From assembly GCF_006345805.1 (NCBI RefSeq), contig NC_042998.1, positions 183,458,001 to 183,522,000 of the forward strand: a stretch of DNA of 64,000 bases, given 5' to 3'. Source of the DNA: Octopus sinensis. Lineage: Eukaryota. The notes below the pieces were generated by a model that saw only the letters and a list, made by a program, of their open reading frames with translations, ran no database searches and had not been told where the DNA came from. The translations under genes were made by a program, and so were the position numbers. This document shows positions 1-12,390 of this stretch, in pieces (position 1 is the first letter of the stretch; each line of letters opens with the position of its first letter).

Positions 1-79
1 AGCTGCTGCAGCAGTTACTGCAAAGATCACAGCAATGGATGCTCAACAACAAGCTGTTGGTGTAATGGGTGGTAGTTTG
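1..79 (+). CDS. PUF60: PUF60/half-pint internal coding exon (5' part outside the window)
   Basis: Frame from base 2 gives AAAAVTAKITAMDAQQQAVGVMGGSL, matching the conserved AAAAATAKITA linker of PUF60. GTGAGT donor at 80, phase 0. Confidence 0.88.
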
Positions 80-484
80 GTGAGTATATTGCTTTCACTT
101 AAGCTTTCATCCTCTCTCCAGCAACAGTAAAATAAAGTACCAATCATATACTAGAGTTGATTGAATTGACCGTTCCAAAACCTTTGTAAGCTTTCCAAGC
201 CTGACATGGCTGCACTTGATGCTCACATTGGACTTAAGAAGGTTGAGCATCATTTAAGCAAAACATAGGTGGTGATGTGGATTACAAGGGATAACAGCTA
301 TGAAAAATAAGGATTGGAAAAGCTTTTCAAATAAGGCAGTATTAGCTGCCTTCTGGGGGGATGGTAGAAAATTTTTTATGGGTACTTGGGATAAAAGGGG
401 TAGTGGGGAGGTTGTAGGGGACAATAAGGCTTTTAAGTGATAACCTGCTAGTTAGCCACGATCACAACAATGACGATATCAATA

Positions 485-706
485 CTGGCAGAAACGTTAG
501 CATGCCGGGCGAAATGCGTAGCCGTATTTCGTCTGCCATTATGTTCTGGGTTCAAATTCCGCCGAGGTCGACTTTGCCTTTCGTCCTTTCGGGGTCGATA
601 AATTAAGTACCAGTTACGCACTGGGGTCGATGTAATCGACTTAATCCGTTTGTCTGTCCCTGTTTGTCCCCTCTGTGTGTAGCCCCTTGTGGGTAGTAAA
701 GAAATA
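485..706 (+). mobile_element. tRNA-derived SINE family A
   Basis: CTGGCAGAAACGTTAGC head, B-box-like GTTCAAATTCC, GTCGACTTTGCCTTTCGTCCTTTCGGGGTCGATAAATTAAGTACC central domain, AAAGAAATA end. Many near-identical copies in the window. Confidence 0.82.
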
Positions 707-1703
707 TATCAATAAAAGACTTTGAAATGTGAATAAACAAACAACTAAAAGTATGCTATTTATGCATGTAAATTATAAGCGATAAACAAAAAAGTATTTC
801 CATAAATACAATTAAGATAGCTACTGCACTTGTAGTGTTTGCTAGTGTCATGACTTGGATACAGATGCTACCTAAATGTCCTCCCACAAGATCAAAAAAT
901 TGTGTGGATATTTAGATTAATGTCCAATTACAATTTTCTCATAAAACTTTTAAATTACCATTTCTCAAAAAATATTTTTAATTTTTACTTTGTGTGCTGA
1001 TCAAGGTTCAAACAGGTTTTTGTTATGGTCTTGAGAGACTGAGTCTTTACAATGCTATTTTAACCAAGTTATATATCCACGGACCTTTGGTAAATCAAGG
1101 GCCTAGTTTGATATCTACTGCCTGAATGCTGTTTGGTAATTGCTGTGTAAGATCATTAATTGTGAAGCGTACCTTTTGTTGTGACTTCAGAAATTTCAGC
1201 TGTTCATGTGTAGAAGAGACTGTTTCCATGTGAAGGGATTGACTTTTGATGTTGTTGAAGAAAATAGATGAAAGCGGATTTAACAATTATGTCTATGGAA
1301 GTAGTTCAAAATGTAACATGAAAGGACTTGTTGCAAGCAGATGATACATGTGCACAGAAGGTTACAGTGGAGTGAAAAGTGGTATGTTATTAGACATGGC
1401 AGCAAGTGGGGAAGAGTGGGACATATAAACTAAGTTTGGAGTTCACCATAATAGATAGAATTTAGATTGTAGAAGCAGTTTAATTGGAAACAGATGAGGC
1501 AAGAGACGCTGATGAAGCGCATATTGCAGGCAACTTGGCTAAGTTCTCATGCCAGATATAGTCTAGATTTGGGTCAACTGAGGTTTCGTTTTTAGAGTTG
1601 TACTCATGTGTGCATGTGTGTCTCTGTCCCCAAAAACTAATTAGAAAAATTTTCTATTTGATAAATTATTGATTCCTTTTTTTTCTTTCATTTTCTTGTG
1701 TAG

Positions 1704-2028
1704 GCACCACCTGGTCTAGCAATGCCAACTGCACTTGGAGCCAACAACAACATTGGAGCTACAGTATCAACCAGTGCATCTACATCAGCTGCCTCACCTC
1801 TGATGGATTCAGCCAGTCCCATTTTGAGCAGTTCTGGTATTGCCACATCACAAGTAACAACTGTAACAAACCAAACTGGTATTGCTGCGTCAGCTTCTCC
1901 TCTTTTCTGTTCTGAATCCATGGTTACTATTCCAGCACCTCTACCTGCAGCTGCTCCATTAACAGCTTCACAGACTCAGATGCAGGCATCCGCAGCAGCT
2001 GCGGCAGCAACAGCAGTAGCAGCTGCAG
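1704..2028 (+). CDS. PUF60: PUF60 coding exon, low-complexity Ala/Ser/Thr/Pro linker
   Basis: Pyrimidine tract and TAG acceptor at 1701-1703, open frame APPGLAMPTALG...AVAAAG, GTGAGT donor at 2029. 325 nt, phase 0 to 1, compatible with both neighbouring exons. Confidence 0.85.
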
Positions 2029-2626
2029 GTGAGTAATTTGTTGTTTCCAGTCTGCAGAAATTTTGCAATTTAACATGTAATTTCTGTTGGGTTGATAAAA
2101 TTTATCATCATTATTTTTACATCTACTTGCCATATTGGTACGAGTTGGATAGTTTCATTGCAATCCAAGTCAGTTCTTATTTGGAATTACTGCCCAGTAA
2201 TTAAGAAATAGAGTAGTTGAATTCACCACATGGGCTTTAGTTAAAAAAATCCTGTTGCAAGTTTTGTAGTGAATCTTGTTTCATTATGCTACATTGGTAA
2301 ATAGCATTTAAGAAGAAAAGCATCTTATTGTTGAAGACTTGTGCTTCAACACTATACAAATATCTTCTTAATGTAAACAAAATTATCCCTCCTGTGTATA
2401 TACTGTCATACAAAATTGAATGTAAGGCAGTAAAAACATCATTTAATGTCTTCCATGCTAGGATGTGTTGGATGTTTTAACAGGATCTGATCATCTGGAG
2501 GACTGCATGTTTGTTGTGGCATGATTTCTATTCTATGGCTGGTTACTTTTCCTAATGCCAACCACTTTACAGAGTGTACAAACCCAAAACAAAAATGGAA
2601 CTAAACATGAAAAGAAATTTATGTAA

Positions 2627-3055
2627 CCCATTAGCATTTAACCCTTTCATTACCAACCTGGTTGAAACCGGCTCTGGCTCTGAATACAAATGTCTTTTCA
2701 AAAGTTCTAAATTAAAATCTTCCACCAAACCTTAGTCACCTAGTAACACTAGCTGAATGATAACTAAGTTATTTTACTAAATTCTTTGTTATATTTTAAA
2801 GTAATTGAAAGAAACACAGAGCATCTCAAAATAAATACAGTAACAAAAGGGTTAAATCAGCCATATCTGGCCCATATTCAACTTATTTTATGTTCTGACC
2901 GAATCCAACCTCTTACACCTACCCTACAGTATCGTTTTAGAAATAAACAATCCCATCATCAAAATCTTGAAGCTGAGAAGATTATCTATGATCAATTCAA
3001 AACAATGTGAATATATAAGCATCAGATTTAATTGAATAATATGAATGCTAGAGGG
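2627..3055. mobile_element. piggyBac-like MITE 1 containing nested piggyBac-like MITE 2 (2642-2851)
   Basis: Outer ends CCCATTAGCAT / ATGCTAGAGGG. Inner element TTAA-CCCTTTCATTAC...GTAACAAAAGGG-TTAA. Confidence 0.8.
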
Positions 3056-3482
3056 CTAAGTTGCATGTACACACCCATACTTACTATTATTTACCATGTG
3101 ATATGGTTCACTGGTTAAGTACGTACAGGCCTTTGCAGTTTACCACACAAAATATCTGAATTGAAATATATTTGTCAAGGCAAAGTATAGTACTCTGCTT
3201 TACTGTATTCTGTTTAGTTGAAAATTAGGTACCTTAGATGCTTTATCTTAAGGATTCATTAGGAGCATTTGTCTCAATGAATTCTACTTGAGATAATATT
3301 AATATGAAAAAATAATTTTAATAGTATGCATGAAAATTAGAATTATATTCTGGAATGTAATTCTGAGGAATCATCTCAGCGTAGTGATTGTAACCATGTT
3401 CACAGATTATACTTGAATCCATATCCTTTTCACATTGCAATAAAGGAGTTTATCTAAGAATTATTTTTTTTATTATGTGCAG

Positions 3483-3703
3483 GTATTACACCTAATCCAG
3501 GAATGAATCTGGCCTTAGGCAAAAGTGTGAGTGATCAAGCAAAATCAGCTTTATTAGGAATACTTGGCAAAGGTATCGATCCTTTGCAGAAGAAAGCACT
3601 GGAAGAAGAACAATCACAGACATTAGATCAACAAGAAAACATGAAAATCAGTGGCAGTAACGCACGACACATGGTCATGCAGAAACTAATGCGAAAATCA
3701 GAT
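3483..3703 (+). CDS. PUF60: PUF60 coding exon
   Basis: AG acceptor at 3481-3482, GTAAGT donor at 3704. Encodes ...LDQQENMKISGSNARHMVMQKLMRKSD, the PUF60 segment preceding the UHM domain. Phase 1 to 0. Confidence 0.95.
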
Positions 3704-4331
3704 GTAAGTTACAGGAGTGTTGATTTGTTGAATGTTATGATTTCTTGGGTAGTTAGCAATAATTGTCTGAGGAAATGTGTTGTAAAGTATCTTTGTTCAT
3801 ATTTGCCTGAATAAATCGATGGTAGTGAAAGAGCCAATTAATTGTAAGTCATTTGTATCATATCTAGTAACATAAAATCATGTCAGTCTGGGCTGGTTCC
3901 TAGGTGATGGGAATTCTATTTTTGTGACCATGGGGGGGTCTTAAGAATTCTTTTTGTAAAACTAATTTTAGAGATGGTAGAAAATTAGTTTGTTTATTAA
4001 CTACTTAATTAACGAACCACTAAAGTAACCTGATTTTTGGTTGAAAAGATGAAGATTATTGATCCATAAGTTGTCAAGGAAACTAATTCTGTTTCTGTTA
4101 ATTTAACTGAGAAATAGACCTTTCTCTTTATTGATATTTTAGAATAGAATTCAGCATTACATACATTTTCTCAATTTATTGATATATTTTGATTTGCCAG
4201 ACTATTCAAATGATGCTGCCATTAAAAAAAAAAAAAAAAAATTAAAATGCAAAGAGATAAAATTTAGCAAGAATGTAAAGATGTTTTAATTCTCTTTTTT
4301 ATCTGAAATTGTGATTTCATTGTTGCTTCAG

Positions 4332-4521
4332 TGTCGTGTGATGGTTTTACGGAATATGGTTGGCCCAGAAGATTTGGATGATGAATTAGAAACAGAAGTT
4401 ACAGATGAATGTGGAAAATATGGTGTTGTCAATCGAGTAATAATCTATCAAGAAAAACAAAGTGAAGATGAAGATGCTGAAATAATAGTAAAGATTTATG
4501 TTGAATTTTCTAAGCAAGAAG
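4332..4521 (+). CDS. PUF60: PUF60 coding exon, N-terminal part of the third RRM (UHM)
   Basis: CAG acceptor ending 4331. [59 protein letters not shown] is the typical PUF60 UHM. GT donor at 4522, phase 1. Confidence 0.96.
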
Positions 4522-4774
4522 GTAATTTTTTTTTATTAAATTCACAGTTGAATAACTCTCTCCCCTACAACCCATCTTCCTAACACTCTCCTCCTTCCAC
4601 TGAGGTTCACTGCTTGCTGTTTCTCGCCCTTTGCACCCTTGTGAACCTCTATTCTTACTACTCATCACATGGCACAAAGCCACCACCTTCGATGCTACTT
4701 CCTTCTCAGTTGAAGGGTCTTGCCCTGCAAGGTACTTGGTAACCTCGCTGCTGTAACAGCAGTACTCTCAGTAA

Positions 4775-5022
4775 ATGGTTGGCATTAGGAAGGGCATCCA
4801 GTTGCAGAAACATACCATAGCTGACAGTAGAGCTTGGTGCAGTCTTCTGTATGAATAAAATTGTGTTGGTTTTATATTCTTGGAGTGGTTGGTATTAGGA
4901 AGGACATCCAGCCATAGAAACCCTACCAAATCACACTGGAGTCTGGCGCAGCCCCTCAGCTTACCAGTCCTGGTCAAACTGTCCAACGCATGCTAGCATG
5001 GAGAACAGACGTTAAATGATGA
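4775..5022 (+). mobile_element. Older RTE 3' tail fragments
   Basis: Two TGGTTGG(C/T)ATTAGGAAGG...CATCCAG motifs and a CATGCTAGCATGGAGAACAGACGTTAAATGATGA end. Confidence 0.65.
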
Positions 5023-5515
5023 ACAAAATCAAAATAGATGAACATCAATGGAATTTGTATCTTTGTGGTACCAGTGCCGGTGGCACACAAGAAAACCATC
5101 TGAACGTGGCCGTAGCCAGTACCGCACCGACTGGCCTCCATGCTGTGGGCACGTAACAATCACCATCCAATCGTGGCCGATCACCAGCCTAATCTGGCTC
5201 CTGTGTCGGTGGCACATAAAAAAAACACCATCCGAGCGTGGTCGTCTGCTAGCCTTGTCTGGCACCTGTGTCGGTGGCACATAAAAACACCATCCGAGCG
5301 TGGCCGTTCGCCAGCCTCGTCTGGCACCTGTGTCGGTGGCACATAAAATCACCCACTACACTCTCGGAGTGGTTGGCGTTAGGAAGGGCATCCAGCTGTA
5401 GAAACACTGCCAGATCTGACTGGCCTGGTGCAGCCTTCGGGCTTCCCAGACCCCAGTTGAACCGTCCAACTCATGCTAGCATGGAAAGCGGACGTTAAAT
5501 GATGATGATGATGAT
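5023..5515 (+). mobile_element. RTE 3' UTR-only copy with five internal ~62-bp modules, in the last PUF60 intron
   Basis: Starts with the CATCAATGGAA...TGTGGTACC segment also seen in the 11.9-kb RTE, has repeated GTGYCGGTGGCAC modules, and ends GGACGTTAAATGATGATGATG. Confidence 0.8.
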
Positions 5516-5971
5516 ATATAGTATATTTGTGATTAGAATTGGTAGGTGGGAAACTGTACAGAAGCCTGTTGTATATCTCTGTGTCTACAAGTGTGCTAAG
5601 CCTTTGGGTGTTTATTTCAACTTCTCTTTATATGATACTGGGTCCAATGATGTTATGTTTACATCTCCTGTAAATATGTCCTGTACCTTGGAATAAAGTG
5701 AATAAAGAGACATGATGAACAGGTATAGGTTGATTGATGGCAGAAAGGATATCTGATTGCAAAATACTACCTCTTGTCTAATCCATATCAGCATGGTAAT
5801 GGATATTAAAAGACAATGATGGTGATGCTTATTTGAGTGAATTCTTCTGCAAAACAAGTGTTCCCTATATAAAAAGAAAAAAAATTGTATTTTTGATGTT
5901 TTAATGCTGCTCTGCATATTACTTACATTTTATTGTGGATTTAATTTTTTCTTTCTTTTTTTCTTTCACAG

Positions 5972-6081
5972 AAGTGGAATTAGCCATCAGTTCACTAAAC
6001 GGAAGATATTTTGGTGGTCGAATTGTCAAAGCTGAAACGTACGACCAAGATATGTTTGACGCAAATGATCTCTCAGGATGA
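5972..6081 (+). CDS. PUF60: PUF60 terminal coding exon
   Basis: Long pyrimidine tract and CAG ending 5971. (E)VELAISSLNGRYFGGRIVKAETYDQDMFDANDLSG* contains the UHM R-x-F motif and the PUF60-type C-terminus. TGA at 6079-6081. Confidence 0.96.
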
Positions 6082-7330
6082 AATGATTAATTGAAGATGG
6101 ACAGAGTAAAAAGCCAGCTGACTTGAACAACTACTGTTAGTGATGTGAATGATGTGTGAAACTGAAGTGACTGTGTAACAAATGCTGCCCACATGTGCCA
6201 TTGTTATCTTTGAAGTATTTTAGATCTACTGAATTCCTTTTCTATTGACAGTAGTGAAGTTAGTGACTAAAACTACGTCATCTTCAAATTGTATTTTCAC
6301 ATTATAATCCTAGCTGTTATTGTACTGGAAACTGAAATTTGAACTGTTGATGAATCATTTTTAGTAGACCTTAAGTATACAGTTTTATCACTAATGGCAG
6401 TGGTAAATTCTTGGGTATCTCTCTGCATCCATACAGATAAATAGGCTTCATTTCATTGACATTTTTTTTTTTTTAATGATAGCATTTATATTTTTAGATT
6501 CATACCACATTGTAATAATATTATCATGTCTTCATTCATCATTAGTGTCTTTTATAATCATTTGTCCTGTATCAACATCAAATGTAGTGTATTTGACATT
6601 AGTCGACACGAAATTTGGTGTACTGTTGAACCTCGTCTGGTCTGGTCTGGTGTGAAATGGTTTCTAGATAACAATATTTCTAACATTCATTTAACTTACA
6701 CAGGAATTTGTATCGTTACATATTTGTACCACATACAAAGGTTATTGGAGCTTTACGCATGAAATTCAGGATTTTAATATTCAGCATGCTATTAAATATT
6801 TAAAAGATATAAATAGCATAAATATTGTTGAATGTTTCGTACCAAATGAACTCTTCCATCTTATTATTTTAGTGATGGCTGCAATAATACCACAATTAAG
6901 ACCTCTACTATTGGCAGTATCACTACATTATATAAAACAGTATTGTAATGGCAGCATTTATTCATTATCTCCTACTAATGCAGTGTCTAAAATTCTTTCA
7001 TCACTATTATTCAATGAGACATCTCTTTCATACTTAATCATTTGGATAATTCTCATGTACAGTATTAAAGTCTTTTGGGTTTTTTTAATCTTTCAACCAA
7101 GAAAATCTAAGGCAGAGATTTCTGATATTTCCAAAACTGTCTCTTGAAGGGTGAAACTTCACTTAATTCTCCTTCAATTTTTGTGAAAAAACAATTTTCT
7201 TTTAAACAAATCATTTTCTCAGAAGCAATAACTAAAACTTCAACATTTTTCTACAGCTGCTGCTACTTTCTCTTTAATTAAACAACTAAAAAAATAACTT
7301 TTCTCCATTATTGACTTACTGACACTATAC

Positions 7331-7363
<33 letters not shown>

Positions 7364-7935
7364 AAATCACACCTACATACACACAAAGTATGAGTTACAT
7401 TCCACTTTTTCATTTCTTGAGATATTTTCATTTGAGAAAAAAAAGTAATCTTCTGTTGACAGTTTTGTTTTTTGAGAAAGCAATCACACTACTTTTCTTT
7501 GAAACAAATTATTTCCCCAATGTTGGCAGCAAGAAAACTATATTCAACCATTTTCATAACAAAATATTCATCTTTTTTTATTCTTTTTTTCTTTTCCCAT
7601 TTCCCGTCCTTTTTTTAGAATTGTTTAAATATGCCAGCCATTCTTTCAACCTTCAGATTACATTTTTCTGACTTGTGTAATTTTGTTTATGTATATAAAT
7701 TGTAAATAAATTTTATATAACTTTAATAAGGGGTTGTTTTTCTGTTAGAATTTGCAGCTGATTTAACATTTGTTTTTACAGTAGTGTGTTGGATGGTTTT
7801 TGAAATTTTGAATGAAACGATCTTTCCACAGTGGTGTAATGGAGTTGTTTCTGTGTGCGAATGTAACTTGAGTAAAGTGTTACCAGATAAATACATAATG
7901 TGGAAAGTCAATAAAAGAGTTGCATCTGTGAAATA
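6082..7935 (+). other. Probable PUF60 3' UTR with candidate poly(A) signals
   Basis: Non-repetitive AT-rich sequence after the stop codon, with AATAAA at 7705-7710 and 7910-7915. The actual 3' end cannot be determined without transcript data. Confidence 0.5.
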
Positions 7936-8953
7936 TTGAGAAAATGCATCAGAAGGCTATATTATAACAAACATAATTTATTTGGGTTGTAATGAGGGTA
8001 GACAATTGTATGTAGGAGTCAAGGAAGGCCATTGGAGTTACTATTACACAAATGGGTAGAAGTGCAACTGTTGATTAAGAGGATAAAAACTAGTTAGGTT
8101 TAGAGAATTGAAATAAAAGCAACTGATTCTACAATTTTATTATTATAGATTTCTTATATTTTGTCTACTATTTGCATTATGGCCCCTAACTGGATTATGT
8201 TGAGCCAGGGATTCATTTGATTAGCTATTTCCTAAGAGGTGTAAAATTTGCCCCTAAACTTTTATGATGTACCCTACATTACCTTAAGCTTTGTTATTAC
8301 CTATGTTGAACCCTTCAACATTTTTACTCGACATATCTGGCCCAAACATTGTTTTGTCTTCAAACTTGCCCAATCTGGCCTGTTACACCTGCCTTACAAT
8401 GTCATTGTAAAAGAAAAAATCTAAATCTGGAAGCTATGAAACAACGGGAATAAGCATTACATTTGGCAGAGTAATCTGAATACTTAAAGGATGAAATACC
8501 AGCTTGAGGTTAGATAGGGGAAATCTATAAACTTGATGGATGAATAGGTACAAAGGTAGTGAGTTGGTTACAATAGAAGTTGCTGTACAAATCTTTGCAA
8601 TATTCAGTGTCCCAACTTTATATATGATCAGGATGGGAATGTTAGAACATGTATTGATAATATATTGCAGTATATTCTAGCAATATGCTCACCCCGAAAA
8701 GAAACGAGTACTTGTAATGATTAAACAATTGTTAATCAATGATTTATTTTCTATTCCTTTCTCATTGATTTAGGACTAATCTTTCTCTTACAGTTAAAGA
8801 ATTATATTTTCCATACCAAAAATGTATATAAGATCTTGGCTAAGCCTTGTGAGAAAGTATTTTGAAGATGAGCAATCAGTTGTTCAATCACCTAATCTAC
8901 CAACTCATTAATGTGTCATGTTTAAGTGGCTGAGTATTCCACTGACACGTATA

Positions 8954-9174
8954 CCTATTTCTTTACTACCCATAAGGGGCTAAACACAGAGAGGACAGAC
9001 AAACGAATTAAGTCGATTATATCGACCCCAGTGCATAACTGGTACTTATTTAATCGACCCCGAAAGGATGAAAGGTAAAGTCGACCTTGGCGGAATTTGA
9101 ACTCACAATGTAACGGCAGACGAAATACCGCTGAGCATTTCGCCCGGAGTGCTAACGTTTCTGCCAGCTTGCCG
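8954..9174 (-). mobile_element. SINE family A, inserted into a decayed family D SINE
   Basis: Reverse complement of family A. Both flanks match the family D tail. Confidence 0.8.
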
Positions 9175-9721
9175 ACTCATACCATTAATGTAATTCTCAA
9201 GTTGAAACAGTTTGACACTGTAACAAGACTAAATCTTTGAATTACAGGTACAGTTCAGCTGACAGTTTGTTTTGCTTCACAACAGTGATTCTTGTTTGAA
9301 CCCCCCACTATGCAAGTGTCCTGTTACAGATTTGGGTTATCTTAACGTCTTTAATTAGAATTCAGCATTTGGAAATTTGTATGAAAATGTGAGAAGAAAA
9401 TCTGTGCCAATAAAGCAGAATGTGTTGAGTTGAGTCCCTTTATAAAAAGTTAAGTCAGACATTCAATGAAATAAGAAACAGACTGGCAGTGATTGCAGTT
9501 CAATGATTGAAACGATTTTTTTTATCTCTTACTTATTTGTCATTTGACTGGCCACAATGAAGCACCACCTTGAAGAATTTTGGTCAAACGAATGGACCCC
9601 AGTATTTTTTTTTAAAGTTTGGTACTTATTCTGCCAGTCTCTATTGCTGAATAAAGCTGATTATTTAAAATAGATTAAAAAGATTTTCCTCTGGTCCTTA
9701 AAAAATACTCCAGGAATAATG

Positions 9722-10075
9722 ATGTATAAACATCAATGGAAATTGTAGCTGTGATACCAGTGCCGGTGGCACATAGGAGAACCATCCGAACGTGGCCGTT
9801 GCTAGCGCCGCCCTGACTGGCTTCCGTGCCAGTGGCACATAAAAAGCACCATCCGATCGTGGCCATTTGCCAGCCTCATCTAGCACCTGTGCCAGTGGCA
9901 TGTAAAAAGCACCCACTACACTTATGGAGTGGTTGGCGTTAGGAAGGGCATCCAGCCGTAGAAACATTGCCAGATCAGACACGGCCTGGTGCCGCCTTCT
10001 GGTTTCCCAGACCCCAGTTGCACCGTCCAACCCATGCCAGCATGGAAAGCGGACGCTAAACGATGATGATAATGA
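9722..10075 (+). mobile_element. RTE 3' UTR-only copy (three modules)
   Basis: Same structure as 5023-5515, ending GGACGCTAAACGATGATGAT. Confidence 0.8.
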
Positions 10076-10683
10076 AACAAAGGGCTCCTAAATCTGAAGG
10101 GTTAGCAATTAATCCCTCATCATTGGTAGAGCATATCTATTCTAGTTTGTAGCCAATCATTGCACTCTGCAAATAAACTCAACTCTTCAAAGTTTAGTCC
10201 CATTCATCTGGCCCTTCAAAGGCACCTATGTGATTTTACTAGTTTCTCCAGTGAGTTGCTTCAAGTTGTAGCCAGTAGGGATGTAGTTTTAATACTATGG
10301 AAACAGCAGAATCAGTATCTTTTACTTTCTTCAGTCATTGGACTGTGGCCATCAGTGGTGTAGCTAGGGTAACCGCACCCAGGGTAAGCCACAAAAACGT
10401 GCATCCCACCCATTACAATGTCCATGATGTCCAGAATGTAACGGCAGATGAAATACCGCTAAGCATTTCGCCCGGTGTGCTAACGTTTCTGCCAGCTTGC
10501 CGACTCTTACTATTAATGTAATTCTCAAGTTGAAACAGTTTGACACTATGTAACAAGATCAAATCTGTGAATTACAGGTACAATCTAGCAGACAGGCTTC
10601 CCTAGTTTCTTTTCTAACAAGGTTTAGCTAAGATCTTACCTCAAATCTTAAATACATTTTTGGTCAGGAAAATATAATTCTTA

Positions 10684-11050
10684 GGCGTAGGAGTGGCTGT
10701 GTGGTAAGTAGCTTGCTTATGAACCACATGGTTCTGGGTTCAGTCCCACTGCGTGGCACATTGGGCAAGTGTCTTCTACTATAGCCTCAGGCCGACCAAA
10801 GCCTTGTGAGTGGATTTGGTAGACGGAAACTGAAAGAAGCCCGTCGTATATATGTATGTGTTTGTCCCCCCCAACATTGCTTGACAACCGATGCTGCTGT
10901 GTTGACGTCCCCGTAACTTAACGGTTCGGAAAAAGAGACCGATAGAATAAGTACTAGGCTTACAATGAAAAAGTCCTGGGGTCGATTTGCTTGACTAAAG
11001 GCAGTGCTCCATCATGGCCACAGTCAAATGACTGAAACAAGTAAAAGAGT
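10684..11050 (+). mobile_element. tRNA-derived SINE family B, full length
   Basis: GGCGTAGGAGTGGCTGTGTGGTAAG (A box) and GGTTCAGTCCC (B box), an internal microsatellite, and the tail GCTCCATCATGGCCACAGTCAAATGACTGAAACAAGTAAAAGA. Confidence 0.85.
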
Positions 11051-11723
11051 AACTATAAGAGGAAGATTAGTCCTAAATAGATGAGAAAGGAAACTTGTAA
11101 CACCAAGTTCATCAATTATGAAAATAGTGAAGAAGGGAGACAAACTGGGGTTGAGAAAATTATGGCAGAGACAGTTTATTTTTACAACAGTTCTGTTATG
11201 ACATCTACAATGAATTAAAGGTGACCCTTGCAATGGCAATATTTGTACAACAGCCACAGTTCTTACTATATCTGGCCCAAATATTCTACCTGCTATTTTG
11301 TGTTCAAACCGATCCAGCCTCTCACACCTACAATGTCATTCTAAAAATATACAATCACATCACTGAAATCTCAAAGCTATGAGATTAATTCAAAAACATT
11401 GTTAATAAATAAGCATTACATTTGACAATAATTTGAATGCTAGAGGGTTAAATAGTAAAAACAACTGCTTCTAAATTTTTTGGCGTATAAAATAAACTTT
11501 TCAATCTCCTGGTAGCCTTTGAAGTATCACTTTGGAGAGTAACAGTTCTCATGTCATTCCCAAATTTTTAGGATTTTTAAACTAAGCCCATGTCTCTATC
11601 CAATAAGTGTTTGTAGAAGAATGACAAAGATTAAGGAAATCTAATGTAGTTAAAGAGAATTTTATGAAGTTTCTGAAAACATTTTGGATTTTATTGCTGA
11701 CAAATTGATCAAAATTCATTTCC

Positions 11724-12390
11724 CATCATTATCATCATTTAACGTCCGTTTTCCATGCTAGCATGGGTTGGACGGTTTGACCGGGGTCTGGTAAGCCATG
11801 GAGGCTGCACCAGGCTCCAGTCTGATCTGGCAGTGTTTCTACAGTTGGCTGCCCTTCCTAACGCCAACCACTCCATGAGTGTAATGAGTGCTTTTTATGT
11901 GCCACCAGCACAGGTATCACAACTACAATTTCCATTTGATATTTATTTTGATGTTGATGTACTTGACTCAATAGGTCTACTCAAGCACAGCAGGTCACCC
12001 TATGATCCAAGGTAAGCACATCAGATCGTTCTGCAACCCAATGTACTTTGGATGGGCTGGGGCTATGCGAAACTGGTGCAGGAAACAGCCATGAACTTAC
12101 ATTGTCGGGTCTTTGCAGTCACAGCATATCTCCAGAGGTCTCAGTCTTTTGTCATTACCTCTGAGGCCCAATGTTCGAAGGTCATGCTTGACCACCTCAT
12201 TTCATGTCTTCCTTGGTCGACCTCTCCCCCGGATACCTTCAATGGGAGTGGCACTTCTTCACACATCTCTCCTCATCCATCCGTAGTACATGACCATACC
12301 AGTGCAAACGTCTCTCTTGCACACCACATCTGATGCTTCTTATGTCCAGCATTTCTCTCAGGGCACTTACACTCTGTCGTGTGTATGCTT
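11724..12390 (-). mobile_element. 5'-truncated RTE-clade LINE (RT C-terminus plus 3' UTR), second RTE family
   Basis: Minus translation SVSALREMLDIRSIRCGVQERRLHWYGHVLRMDEERCVKKC...GRGRPRKT*NEVVKHDLR, then a 3' UTR ending GGACGTTAAATGATGAT. Confidence 0.88.

Noticed and set aside
1509-1581. Possible intronic C/D snoRNA or hammerhead (CTGATGA ... CTGA with a weak terminal stem)
   Set aside because: The C box lacks the leading purine, I recognised no D'/C' boxes or guide, and there is no GAAA for a hammerhead. An Infernal or snoscan search would be needed.
3704-3814. ORF-track extensions of PUF60 exons (also 2029-2036, 4311-4331 and 4522-4583)
   Set aside because: These are read-through into introns past strong splice sites, with no PUF60 similarity.
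5070-5345. Repeated palindromic GTGYCGGTGGCAC motif with intervening sequence, superficially CRISPR-like
   Set aside because: The intervening sequences are homologous to each other rather than unique spacers. The context is eukaryotic, no cas genes are present, and the motif is part of the RTE 3' UTR.
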